DNA from: a virus
UHGV virus genome: UHGV-0142065
DNA: 30,526 nucleotides
Direction: 5' to 3' (one strand)
This document shows positions 16,129 to 24,605 of this stretch, piece after piece. The number at the start of each line of letters is the position of its first letter. The stretch's first letter is position 1. The position numbers and the translations under genes are program-made. The notes under the pieces are model-generated. The model saw only the letters and a list, made by a program, of their open reading frames with translations. It did no database searches and had not been told where the DNA came from.

Positions 16129-16665
16129 ATGTTCCGAATTACTAACGCACCTTTAATATGCCTCATTCCGCGATTTTGTCAAGCGGGAAAGGGAGGTCCG
16201 CCGGAAGCGCAACGCACCGCCATTTGTATGGCACATGCATCTGATTTTATACAGCACGGCGACGGTATCTTCGGGATCAATTATTCCGGAGAACAGGATT
16301 TTGGAGCTATTATTTCTTCCGTAAGTTATTCATGGTCCGCAGAAGGGGATGTTAAACTTAAAGGGGACAAAGGCGTTACTGAAGGGAATACTCTCTATAG
16401 TTCCCAATGCGAAATTACTTGGGAAGCCTACATGAGAAAGACCGGAACGGAGGTTCCGCATATTGGCGACATTGTTGATGTCCATGCGGATGTTTTGAAT
16501 CTCTGCATCAGGAATTTAGGTGAACAAATTCCGGAAAAGGTAACTAAGGCCATCTGCAAGAGTGTAGATATGAAAATGGAGGCAGAGAATTACAGAAGCT
16601 TTACCGTTAAAGCCTCTTATGGCCCGAACATTAAAGCCCTGAACCCGGAAATTGTTTCCGAATAA
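16129..16665 (+). CDS. major tail protein (positional call; true start may be ATG 16228)
   Basis: First ORF after the inter-module terminator and upstream of the chaperone pair and tape measure. Confidence 0.4.
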   Translation: MFRITNAPLICLIPRFCQAGKGGPPEAQRTAICMAHASDFIQHGDGIFGINYSGEQDFGAIISSVSYSWSAEGDVKLKGDKGVTEGNTLYSSQCEITWEAYMRKTGTEVPHIGDIVDVHADVLNLCIRNLGEQIPEKVTKAICKSVDMKMEAENYRSFTVKASYGPNIKALNPEIVSE

Positions 16666-16674
16666 CAGACTTCA

Positions 16675-16698
16675 AGGGGCGCCGTTTCTGGCGCCCCT
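16675..16698 (+). other. stem-loop after the major tail gene (aggggcgcc gtttct ggcgcccct); no U-tract
   Basis: 9-bp GC stem seen in sequence; followed by an A8 run, not Ts. Confidence 0.3.
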
Positions 16699-16733
16699 AT
16701 CTCGAACAAAAAAAATAACATAATAGACGTAAC

Positions 16734-17108
16734 ATGAATAATATAATCAATATTGAAGACATCAACCTTGCAAGTGCTTTGCTTGCAGCCACGTCCCCCA
16801 TTGCCAAGAGGGCAGAAATCATCATTACTGACCGGGGGGAACGGAAGGTTTTTTACTTCGCGGATACCCCGGAGACGCGCGAAATGATCAGTAAGTGGAA
16901 TGACCCGGATTTTGTGAAAAACAATCCGGAAGACCCCTTTGCGTTGGTCAAAGCGGCTTTTGATTGTCGCCGCGGTATTCTGGCCGGACTTCCTAGATTC
17001 CGGAAAATCGCCTGTATCCGCTCCAAGGATGGACAAAAGATAGCCATGATTCCGGAGGATTGCCCGGAAGAAGATAAACGCGAAATCCTGGGGCATTTGA
17101 ACTCCTAA
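16734..17108 (+). CDS. hypothetical tail-module protein
   Basis: 124-aa ORF between the major tail and chaperone genes. Confidence 0.45.
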   Translation: MNNIINIEDINLASALLAATSPIAKRAEIIITDRGERKVFYFADTPETREMISKWNDPDFVKNNPEDPFALVKAAFDCRRGILAGLPRFRKIACIRSKDGQKIAMIPEDCPEEDKREILGHLNS

Positions 17109-17121
17109 TCAAAAGAACGTT

Positions 17122-17502
17122 ATGAGCGACAAGGAAAAAGTCTTGAAACTCCGTCCCCTGTCTGTTGGAAGCATGGAGTTGATGCAGCGTTTTAACTGCG
17201 GGTTCATGAATGGGGGCATGGATTTAGGCGGCATTGTAGAATATATTTATATTCATACGGCTGATATTGAAAAACTTGAATCAATGAGCCTTGAAGAATT
17301 CAAGGAATCCATCCTCAAATTTAAATATGAGTTGAGCCCTGATGAAGTGCAGCGCATTTCGCTCTTGGTTGGTGAACAGGCAAAATCAGTTGAGGAAACT
17401 GCTTTCACTGTTGAGGATTCCAAAAAAAAACGGGAGGGGACAGACCGAACTACTTTATTCAGGTGGTTTGGGCGATTGCTTCAAAGACGGGCTACCCCTT
17501 AA
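17122..17502 (+). CDS. tail assembly chaperone (lambda gpG analogue)
   Basis: Acidic 126-aa ORF directly upstream of the tape measure gene; contains the slippery A-run. Confidence 0.6.
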   Translation: MSDKEKVLKLRPLSVGSMELMQRFNCGFMNGGMDLGGIVEYIYIHTADIEKLESMSLEEFKESILKFKYELSPDEVQRISLLVGEQAKSVEETAFTVEDSKKKREGTDRTTLFRWFGRLLQRRATP

Positions 17503-17669
17503 ATTATATCAAATATGATATTCCATACAGCATGATTCTACAGTTCCTTATGAGTGAATGTGTTGTAAATGGAGTGAGCTGTTATTACACGCATGCTCGG
17601 AAGGTAGATCATGCTGATTTAGAACGTCTGGACGCCCTGTTTAAAAAGCCTGTGAATATTGAAGAATGA
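17424..17669 (+). other. programmed -1 frameshift site A_AAA_AAA (17424-17430), yielding a G-T-like fusion 17122..17669
   Basis: The -1 frame is open from 17430 through the TGA at 17667-17669, read by hand as T G G D R P N Y F I Q V V W.... The fusion ends where the tape measure gene starts. Confidence 0.55.
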
Positions 17670-19798
17670 GTGTGGTAAAATTCAAATTTTCCGGAGATTT
17701 TGGAGAGGTTTTAAAAGGACTTTCCGGAATTAAAAATAAAATCCATGAAACGGCTTCTGCTGCCAAGAGTATCAAGCTTGGTGGCAATGGAATAGATAAA
17801 GCGGTTTCAGGGATTACACAGTCTTTCCGCGGACTTCTTCCCGCTATTACGGCGGCTTCCGCTGCTATTGGGGCTTTCAATCTTGTCAAATCCTCTGTTA
17901 TGGAGGCTGGCAACAGGGAAACGCTTCAAACATCGTTCGTCCCATTGCTTAAATCTGCCGGAGCAGCAAAAAAACGCATGGAGGAACTTGCTCATTTCGC
18001 CGCCAAAACGCCATTTCAGCTTAACGGCATTTCTCGCGCCTCTGTAACATTGGAGTCTTTGACCGGTGGTGCCCTTGCAACCGGAAAGGGATTGGAAATG
18101 GTTGGAGACGTGGCAAGCGCCCTTAACATTCCCATTGAAGAGCTTGCTACCACCATAGGTCGCTTATGGGCTGGTTTGCAGTCAGGCCGCGCCGTTGGGG
18201 AACCGCTGGCGCGTCTGTCTGAACTTGGGGCCATCACACCAGAAGTTCGCATCCAGCTTGAGGAATTGCAAAAGGCCGGAAAGAAGGGCGATGAAGTTTG
18301 GGAGATTGCAGCCGATTCATTTGCGCGCTTTTCTGGTGGGATGAAAGCACAATCTCAAACCTTGAATGGTTCTATTTCAACCTTCAAAGATAATTGGGAT
18401 GCTCTTAAAGCTAAATTTGGAGAGGGGTTTATTGAAGGATTAACAATTAAGCTACAAGAAATGTCCGATCAAATGGACAAAAATAGTTCTTCTGCAAAAA
18501 ATCTAGGCAAAGACTTTGCAGATGGGTTTGAAATAGCTATTGGTTCTATATCAAATTTTGCGTATGGAACACGAAAATTTTTTGATGGTGTTGATTGGCT
18601 TTTTACTCCTGTTCGGAAAACTCAAGAATTCTTTGGAGTAGTAGAAAAACGCAATGAAGGTGATGCATACCGAGAATACAAATCGGATTATGATTCAAGC
18701 GACAAAATAAAGAACGACTTTGCTAAAATAGATAGTTACCAGGAATTCAATAAGCGTTTACAAGACGTCATTGAAGAACGGAATGCCATGCAAATGAGGC
18801 TTGCTCAAGTGAACGACATGTACAATGAAATTGGTGATGATAATTTAAAAAGTGAAGCCAATTATTTAGTACGTCTTATTAAGTCAAGAGAGAGCCTTAT
18901 TGATGGCTTGAAGGGCTCCGGGATGTTAACCAGGATTGATCAAAATGTCAGGGCGGCCGAGATAAAAAGACAGGAAGCGGAAGCTGACATAAAACTAGCC
19001 AAGGAAGAGAAAGAGCTTGCAAAATCTATCGAAAAAGCGAATGAGGCGGCGCTCAAGGCCCGTGACCGGTGGACGGAGAAGGGGACTGAACGGGAGATCA
19101 ACCAGATTGAAAACCCGTATCAGAAAATTGAAGCATGGCTCAAAACTGTTGACTTGTCCAGCATTGATGAATGGAATAAGGCTTTTGGCGAGCTTGACTC
19201 AAAATTGAGGAATGGCGGCCTGAATCTTGATGAATCTGTCCAGTATGAAAAGCTGCTGGCCGTTGGTGAAATTATCCGCGGCATCAATGATGAAATCTCC
19301 AAGCAAAAAAGGCTTGGGGAAGAGACAGCACGCGATACACAGGAAAACATTGCCATCATGCGGGCCGAGCTCGCCGGGGAAAAGAAAAAGCTGCGTGAGC
19401 TGGAAAAACAGCGGGACGTGCGGAAGGAAATGCAATCCCTCATGAAGGGCGGCATGAATGAACACGATGCCCTGGGGCTGGCGGAACAGAAGGTTTCCCT
19501 GACCTACAAAATTGAGGACAAAAAGGAGAAGGAAAAGGAGGATGAAAAGGACTCCAAGGAGCGGGCAAAGGAAATGTCTGATGCGTTTAAAACGCGGTTT
19601 GACGCAGTGCAGCAGACGCTTTCAAGCGTGTCCCGTGTGGGGTCTGGCTTCGGTTCCCTCTTTGGCCTAGTGGGGAAGGGGGATGCCGGCCTTTCTGCCG
19701 CCGTGGACTCCCTGACAAAAGAGGTACAGACCTCAAACGGATACCTCAAGACGATTGCGGAAAAGGCCGAGAAAGGCGGCGTTGCCCTCTTTAGCTGA
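17666..19798 (+). CDS. tail tape measure protein
   Basis: 710 aa, long coiled-coil and Ala/Gly-rich segments, preceded by the G/GT chaperones. Confidence 0.75.
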   Translation: MSVVKFKFSGDFGEVLKGLSGIKNKIHETASAAKSIKLGGNGIDKAVSGITQSFRGLLPAITAASAAIGAFNLVKSSVMEAGNRETLQTSFVPLLKSAGAAKKRMEELAHFAAKTPFQLNGISRASVTLESLTGGALATGKGLEMVGDVASALNIPIEELATTIGRLWAGLQSGRAVGEPLARLSELGAITPEVRIQLEELQKAGKKGDEVWEIAADSFARFSGGMKAQSQTLNGSISTFKDNWDALKAKFGEGFIEGLTIKLQEMSDQMDKNSSSAKNLGKDFADGFEIAIGSISNFAYGTRKFFDGVDWLFTPVRKTQEFFGVVEKRNEGDAYREYKSDYDSSDKIKNDFAKIDSYQEFNKRLQDVIEERNAMQMRLAQVNDMYNEIGDDNLKSEANYLVRLIKSRESLIDGLKGSGMLTRIDQNVRAAEIKRQEAEADIKLAKEEKELAKSIEKANEAALKARDRWTEKGTEREINQIENPYQKIEAWLKTVDLSSIDEWNKAFGELDSKLRNGGLNLDESVQYEKLLAVGEIIRGINDEISKQKRLGEETARDTQENIAIMRAELAGEKKKLRELEKQRDVRKEMQSLMKGGMNEHDALGLAEQKVSLTYKIEDKKEKEKEDEKDSKERAKEMSDAFKTRFDAVQQTLSSVSRVGSGFGSLFGLVGKGDAGLSAAVDSLTKEVQTSNGYLKTIAEKAEKGGVALFS

Positions 19799-19799
19799 C

Positions 19800-20576
19800 A
19801 TGAACAAGGATATTAAACATACAGGCGGGTATGGGTGGCAAGGCGATTTTGATGCGTCCATGTCTGATGATGGCTCATGGTCGGCAAGCGTTTCTTACGT
19901 GGCGCCCCCTGGGGAGAAATTCACACCTCCTTACACCCTGCATTGCCATGTTCCCGGCTTCACGGATTTGACCCTATCCAACTATGAGCACTCGCAGATT
20001 GCGGACTTATGGAAAACGGTCTGTACCTTCAAAAAAGAAGCCCCTCAAGAAGATGATCCGGATAATCCAGACCCGGACCCTGATGACCCGGACCCCTTTG
20101 ATTTTGACCCCAAGGATACAAAAACCACTTGGGAATTTACGGCTGGCGTAACGAGCAAGAGCATTTTTGACCACCCGGATTTCAAGCCCATGTTTCAGAA
20201 CAATCCGGACCTGCGGAAAGCCTATGAAGCGATCATGTCGGGCCGTGTGGATATTGAATCCCTGAAAATTGACTCCAAGCTGAAAAGGAAAGACCCGTAT
20301 GATTTCGGCCTGGGGGGCGTGAAGTACTCAAAGGAACTTTCTGACCTGTTCAACAAAGTAATAAATAAAGGAATAACTGACTACTATAAAAGGTGTTGTT
20401 CCTATTCTATCACGACCACGGAAGGGAAGGGCCCGGATGCCGCCCTTCAGTCATTGATTTCCGCGGGCGGTGGCAATTTTGTGAAGATGGGAGAGGATAA
20501 CAACCCCTACGGGAGAAAGACGGAAACCACGCAATCTTTTTCCCAGGTTTTGGAAGAAGGCGTTTTGATTATTTGA
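19800..20576 (+). CDS. distal tail protein (hypothetical) with an Asp-Pro repeat linker
   Basis: ATG 19800 overlaps the tape measure stop; contains EDDPDNPDPDPDDPDPFDFDP. Confidence 0.5.
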   Translation: MNKDIKHTGGYGWQGDFDASMSDDGSWSASVSYVAPPGEKFTPPYTLHCHVPGFTDLTLSNYEHSQIADLWKTVCTFKKEAPQEDDPDNPDPDPDDPDPFDFDPKDTKTTWEFTAGVTSKSIFDHPDFKPMFQNNPDLRKAYEAIMSGRVDIESLKIDSKLKRKDPYDFGLGGVKYSKELSDLFNKVINKGITDYYKRCCSYSITTTEGKGPDAALQSLISAGGGNFVKMGEDNNPYGRKTETTQSFSQVLEEGVLII

Positions 20577-21422
20577 ATGATGACCTGGACAAACGATTTA
20601 CGAATCAGGGCGGACGTTGCGCCGAGTGCTGCTAGCCAGCAGGGCGCTGTAGCGTACAGAGTCAACCGCACCGTTTCACAATCCCAAATTGTACCCATTG
20701 CAGGGTTCCAGCGCCCCAAGTGGGCGGCCATGGCGACCAATCCCAATGCCCCCGGCATGATGGCGACGGGTTACAAGATCGCCTTGCATTCCGCAACGCA
20801 TTACAAGGTGACGGTAACGTACTCTTACCCGTCCGGAGATACCAATGAGGATGAAGACGGCAACCCCATCAATCCAGACAACCCGGATAATCCCGACGAC
20901 GCGAAGGAAAAGTACAAGGTCAAGATCAGCGACCGCTCGAACATGACGCTTGAGCCCATATTGAGCTATTACAAGTTGCGGGACACGAACGGGAACAATA
21001 AATATTCAGAGGATGATATGAGAACTCTGGCCGTTTACCTGTCCGGGGGGCTTGTCTTGTGCAGCAACGGCCAGTACCGGCTTAAATGCGAGAAAGACGA
21101 AACGCCGGGGCATATTCAACTCCCCGTTACCCCGATTACCCCATATATCACACTCGGTTACAAAAAAATTTCGCAGAACAATACGGTCATCACGAAAACC
21201 TATACAGCGCGCCGCGTGGATCCGTCCAAGGTGGAGCGCGTGGGAAAGATTGTCCAGGGCAGCGAGTTTGGAGGCGCAACGGAAGTACAAGGGTATAAGC
21301 TCAATTATCTCTTTACCCGGTACTCCATCCACAAGGTAGGTAACAGGGAATACGAGATCACGGAAGAATATACGCAATCCAATCCCGGAGGCTGGTCAAC
21401 GGACCTATACAAAAATGGATAA
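20577..21422 (+). CDS. tail protein (hypothetical) with an NPINPDNPDNPDD repeat
   Basis: Follows the previous gene with no gap, within the tail module. Confidence 0.5.
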   Translation: MMTWTNDLRIRADVAPSAASQQGAVAYRVNRTVSQSQIVPIAGFQRPKWAAMATNPNAPGMMATGYKIALHSATHYKVTVTYSYPSGDTNEDEDGNPINPDNPDNPDDAKEKYKVKISDRSNMTLEPILSYYKLRDTNGNNKYSEDDMRTLAVYLSGGLVLCSNGQYRLKCEKDETPGHIQLPVTPITPYITLGYKKISQNNTVITKTYTARRVDPSKVERVGKIVQGSEFGGATEVQGYKLNYLFTRYSIHKVGNREYEITEEYTQSNPGGWSTDLYKNG

Positions 21423-22815
21423 CATCACTAAGGGAGACCCTATCAAGGCGGATTGGGCCAACGCCCTTACAAACGCCCTCAATGCTGCTACGCATGGCAA
21501 AACGTCCATGCGCGGCGGTGGCGGCCAGAACGTTTCCATTGCCCCTTATCAGCGCGGTTCACGCCCCCTGGCCTTTGATTTGGTGGAAATCACGGATGAC
21601 GCGGAGGCATCCCTTTCCGGCAAGGTCTCTGGAGGGCTCCTTTTGAATGCCTATAAAGAGGAACAAGATACTGATAATGAGGAAGAAAAGAAGATACTGC
21701 TGAAAAATGAAGATATAGAGATCAGCGAGTATGAAGCCTCTTTTAAGGCAGGGGAAAAAGTGTGGGTGCATGTTACGTATGACACGGACACCTGGGAGGC
21801 ATATACCGCTATCCTGGAAAAGGGGAATGAGGTTCCAGAGCCGGAAGACGGGGAAGCTTACATTGTCGTAGGTGAGTTTGAGGAACGTGATAAATCCATT
21901 ATTTACAAGCACAAAGGCATTACCTTCATCAACTGGGATGTAATCAAATGGGAATTCAAAAAATACAAGCTTAAGACGGACCCCTTATGCGCCTTGGAAC
22001 TCAAGGAAGTCGAAGAGGAAAACGAACTGACACTAAACATTGAATCATCCAGCGAAGAAGAAAACATTGATGCTGATAGCAATCTGAAAGTGTGGCTTGT
22101 CCAGAAAAAGGGGAAAGGGCAGGGCGGCGCGGAGGAAGGGCCGGTTAGGCTTGGCGTGAGAATCAAGGATGAACGCCCCGACTATACGGGGCAAGACCCC
22201 ATTGAAATCACCGGCAGGAGCGTATCTCTCAAGCTGGACCAAACGGAACATGAAACGTCCAACGGCATCAAGTACAGCCTGGAAGTCAAAAACGGTGAGC
22301 TTGCCATGAAACTTGATACCGATTCCATGACGGAGCCGGAACAAATCAGTTACACGGCGGAAGCCCCCATTGAGATTGCCGGAAGCACAATCAAATTAAA
22401 TGTCAACACTACTCAAAAAACGTCCAACGGCATCAAGTACCAATTAACCAAGACGGGAGGACAGCTTGATATAAGCTTGAACGCGGATTCCTTGGCTGTT
22501 GGCGAGAATTTAAAATTTGAAAAACCATTGCGGAAAACCAGTAGTGGCTATGTCGTTTTTGATTACGACCGGAATTGGAGCGAGCCCGCAAACGGGGTAA
22601 AGGCCCATTTTGTAATGGTGGGAGATGCGCTTTCCGTTGAACTCCATGCAGATACGACTAGCGACGGCTCCGACGGTCTTATCAGTGATTCATGGACTGT
22701 GCTTGCGTGTGATAGTGATCACGCATTGCGTTTAAAGAGAAACGATAATGAAAAAATCTATATCCAACAAGGAGAATGGAATAAATCTTCAAATCAATAC
22801 GAACCAATAAATTAA
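21415..22815 (+). CDS. tail tip / receptor-binding-like protein with internal tandem repeat domains
   Basis: 466 aa; two ~56-aa repeats sharing TSNGIKY. Confidence 0.5.
   Translation: MDNITKGDPIKADWANALTNALNAATHGKTSMRGGGGQNVSIAPYQRGSRPLAFDLVEITDDAEASLSGKVSGGLLLNAYKEEQDTDNEEEKKILLKNEDIEISEYEASFKAGEKVWVHVTYDTDTWEAYTAILEKGNEVPEPEDGEAYIVVGEFEERDKSIIYKHKGITFINWDVIKWEFKKYKLKTDPLCALELKEVEEENELTLNIESSSEEENIDADSNLKVWLVQKKGKGQGGAEEGPVRLGVRIKDERPDYTGQDPIEITGRSVSLKLDQTEHETSNGIKYSLEVKNGELAMKLDTDSMTEPEQISYTAEAPIEIAGSTIKLNVNTTQKTSNGIKYQLTKTGGQLDISLNADSLAVGENLKFEKPLRKTSSGYVVFDYDRNWSEPANGVKAHFVMVGDALSVELHADTTSDGSDGLISDSWTVLACDSDHALRLKRNDNEKIYIQQGEWNKSSNQYEPIN
22198..22533 (+). repeat. two tandem copies of a ~165-168-bp unit inside the tail gene (identical 21-mer acgtccaacggcatcaagtac at 22255 and 22420)
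   Basis: cccattgaaatc at 22198 and cccattgagatt at 22366; protein repeats PIEI(T/A)G...TSNGIKY. Confidence 0.55.
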
Positions 22816-22821
22816 AGATAA

Positions 22822-23577
22822 ATGAATTACGCTATATTTTGCTACCGGGAAGACTATAAATGTCTTGAATTATGTGTCGGGCAAATCCGCAAGGTTGACC
22901 CTGATTGCATGATTTACCTGTTTGACGATGGGAAAGCCCCGCTCACAAAAAAGGACATCCCCAAGGGGAAGGACATCATTTACAAGAAGACCTATTTTGA
23001 GCGCAACAAGAACCTGAACGGCCTTGAATGTGTCCGCGGCATGCTTTCCTGCATGCAGGATATTCCGGGCCGGGAACCCGTAATCAAGATTGATGCTGAT
23101 GCACTGTTGATGTCGCTAGACGAAATCCGGAAATCGCTGTTTGAGCGCAGGAAACTTGCGGGGGGCTACCAGTGCGCCGTGCCGTTCGCCTGGTCCGGTG
23201 TATGCTACTGGGTGACGCGGAAATTCATCAATGATGCTCTTGATGTCCTGGTGACGCGGGAATTCCCGGTACGCCATGATCAAACCTACCCGGAGGACGT
23301 GACCGTTTCCTTGCTGGCCCTGTACCTGTACGGGCGCAAGGGCGCCGACGTGATTGAGTTCCAGGGCGGGAAATACCTGATCGGAATCCGTACGTGCGAC
23401 TCCTACCAGTTATCAAAACTGGCGAAGCTGGCCCGGCATGTGTCCGCCGTCCACTGCGGACAGAAGGATTTTTATGAACCCATCGTCCAGCAATCGGGAT
23501 GTACTATCCGGGAAGCTTGCGCCCGCGTCATGTGGGAAATCCTGCATCCGGGGGAACCGGACGGATTCAGACTTTAA
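22822..23577 (+). CDS. GT-A-fold glycosyltransferase-like protein (GT32/DXD-type, tentative)
   Basis: VDPDCMIYLFDDG followed by IKIDADAL (a DXD-like motif) resembles the sugar-binding region of GT32-type transferases. Confidence 0.35.
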   Translation: MNYAIFCYREDYKCLELCVGQIRKVDPDCMIYLFDDGKAPLTKKDIPKGKDIIYKKTYFERNKNLNGLECVRGMLSCMQDIPGREPVIKIDADALLMSLDEIRKSLFERRKLAGGYQCAVPFAWSGVCYWVTRKFINDALDVLVTREFPVRHDQTYPEDVTVSLLALYLYGRKGADVIEFQGGKYLIGIRTCDSYQLSKLAKLARHVSAVHCGQKDFYEPIVQQSGCTIREACARVMWEILHPGEPDGFRL

Positions 23578-24037
23578 ACAGGTCAAGAATTAACTGGTTT
23601 TCCTCAAAGTTCTTCTTGCCCGTGTTGTATACCTTCATAATCTGCTCCGGCCCCTTTTTGCGCGGTGCTTCCAGTTTTTTGATGGGACGTCGCTTAATGG
23701 CGGCATGTTCCGCCTGCTGCATCATTAGGGACGGCGGAAGGCCGCTTTCCGCAAGGAATTTGGAGGCGGCGCGGGAAATGGCTGCCTTATGTACGCCCAG
23801 CTTGCGCGCTCGTTCGGCCATGCGCTCATTGCCGAGCACGGACGTTAGGCCCAGCGCGTATGCCACACCAAACGCGGTAACATTGGGGGTACGGCTGTTG
23901 ATGAGGTGATACAGGGCCAGGGACATGATCCGGATCATTTCAAGGGCACGTTCCCGGAATTCATTTTCCTGCTCCTGTTCATCCTCCGGATATTCAAAAT
24001 CCGTGTGTGCTGTGTAATATGACTGCTGCGGTTCCAT
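23567..24037 (-). CDS. HTH DNA-binding protein (sigma-70 region 4 / ParB-like HTH), divergent from the terminase genes
   Basis: LGNERMAERARKLGVHKAAISRAASKFL fits a helix-turn-helix; acidic N-terminus and basic C-terminus. Confidence 0.4.
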   Translation of the reverse strand: MEPQQSYYTAHTDFEYPEDEQEQENEFRERALEMIRIMSLALYHLINSRTPNVTAFGVAYALGLTSVLGNERMAERARKLGVHKAAISRAASKFLAESGLPPSLMMQQAEHAAIKRRPIKKLEAPRKKGPEQIMKVYNTGKKNFEENQLILDLFKV

Positions 24038-24060
24038 ATCTGCGATGTTTACTTATCAAC

Positions 24061-24072
24061 ATATCATGATAT
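24061..24072. promoter_or_regulatory. perfect 12-bp palindrome atatcatgatat in the HTH/terminase divergent region (operator or cos-like candidate)
   Basis: Seen in sequence 24 nt upstream of the terminase small subunit ATG. Confidence 0.3.
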
Positions 24073-24095
24073 AATAATATGTAAAGGGAAGAGTA

Positions 24096-24605
24096 ATGAC
24101 AGGGATTTCACAGGCTGAACTTGCCCGTCAATTGGGCGTCAACAAAAGCACGATCACATACCATGTGAAGCGCGGGCTGACGCATGCTCAAATACGGGAA
24201 TTGATTGAGGCCAGAAGGAAGGAAAGTCCAGCCGTTGAAGCCGCTGCTTCAGGCATTGAAAAAAACGCCCCGGAAGTTGGGGAAGGAGTGGCGGAACTGC
24301 GGAAAAAGAAACTTGCCGCAGAAATTACCTACAAGAATTTGCAAGCTGAACAGGCCCGCGTGAAGCTTGAAAAGGACAAGGCAAATCTGGTGGACATGGA
24401 GGATGTGAATGAACTTGTGGTGCATCTTGCCAGCGTAACCAAGGGCGTCATCCAGGCATTTGAAAACAAGCTGCCGGGCAAATTGGAGGGGTTGACGGCT
24501 GCTGAAATGGTTCCCGTGCTGCGGGAGGAAATCAAGGCTGCCCTGTACTCCATTGCAGAAGAGGCCAAGGCACAAATCAAAGTGATCAGCCGGGCGGAAC
24601 AATGA
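24096..24605 (+). CDS. terminase small subunit (Nu1-like, N-terminal winged HTH)
   Basis: MTGISQAELARQLGVNKSTITYHVKRGL is HTH-like; the stop overlaps the large-subunit start (ATGA). Confidence 0.6.
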   Translation: MTGISQAELARQLGVNKSTITYHVKRGLTHAQIRELIEARRKESPAVEAAASGIEKNAPEVGEGVAELRKKKLAAEITYKNLQAEQARVKLEKDKANLVDMEDVNELVVHLASVTKGVIQAFENKLPGKLEGLTAAEMVPVLREEIKAALYSIAEEAKAQIKVISRAEQ

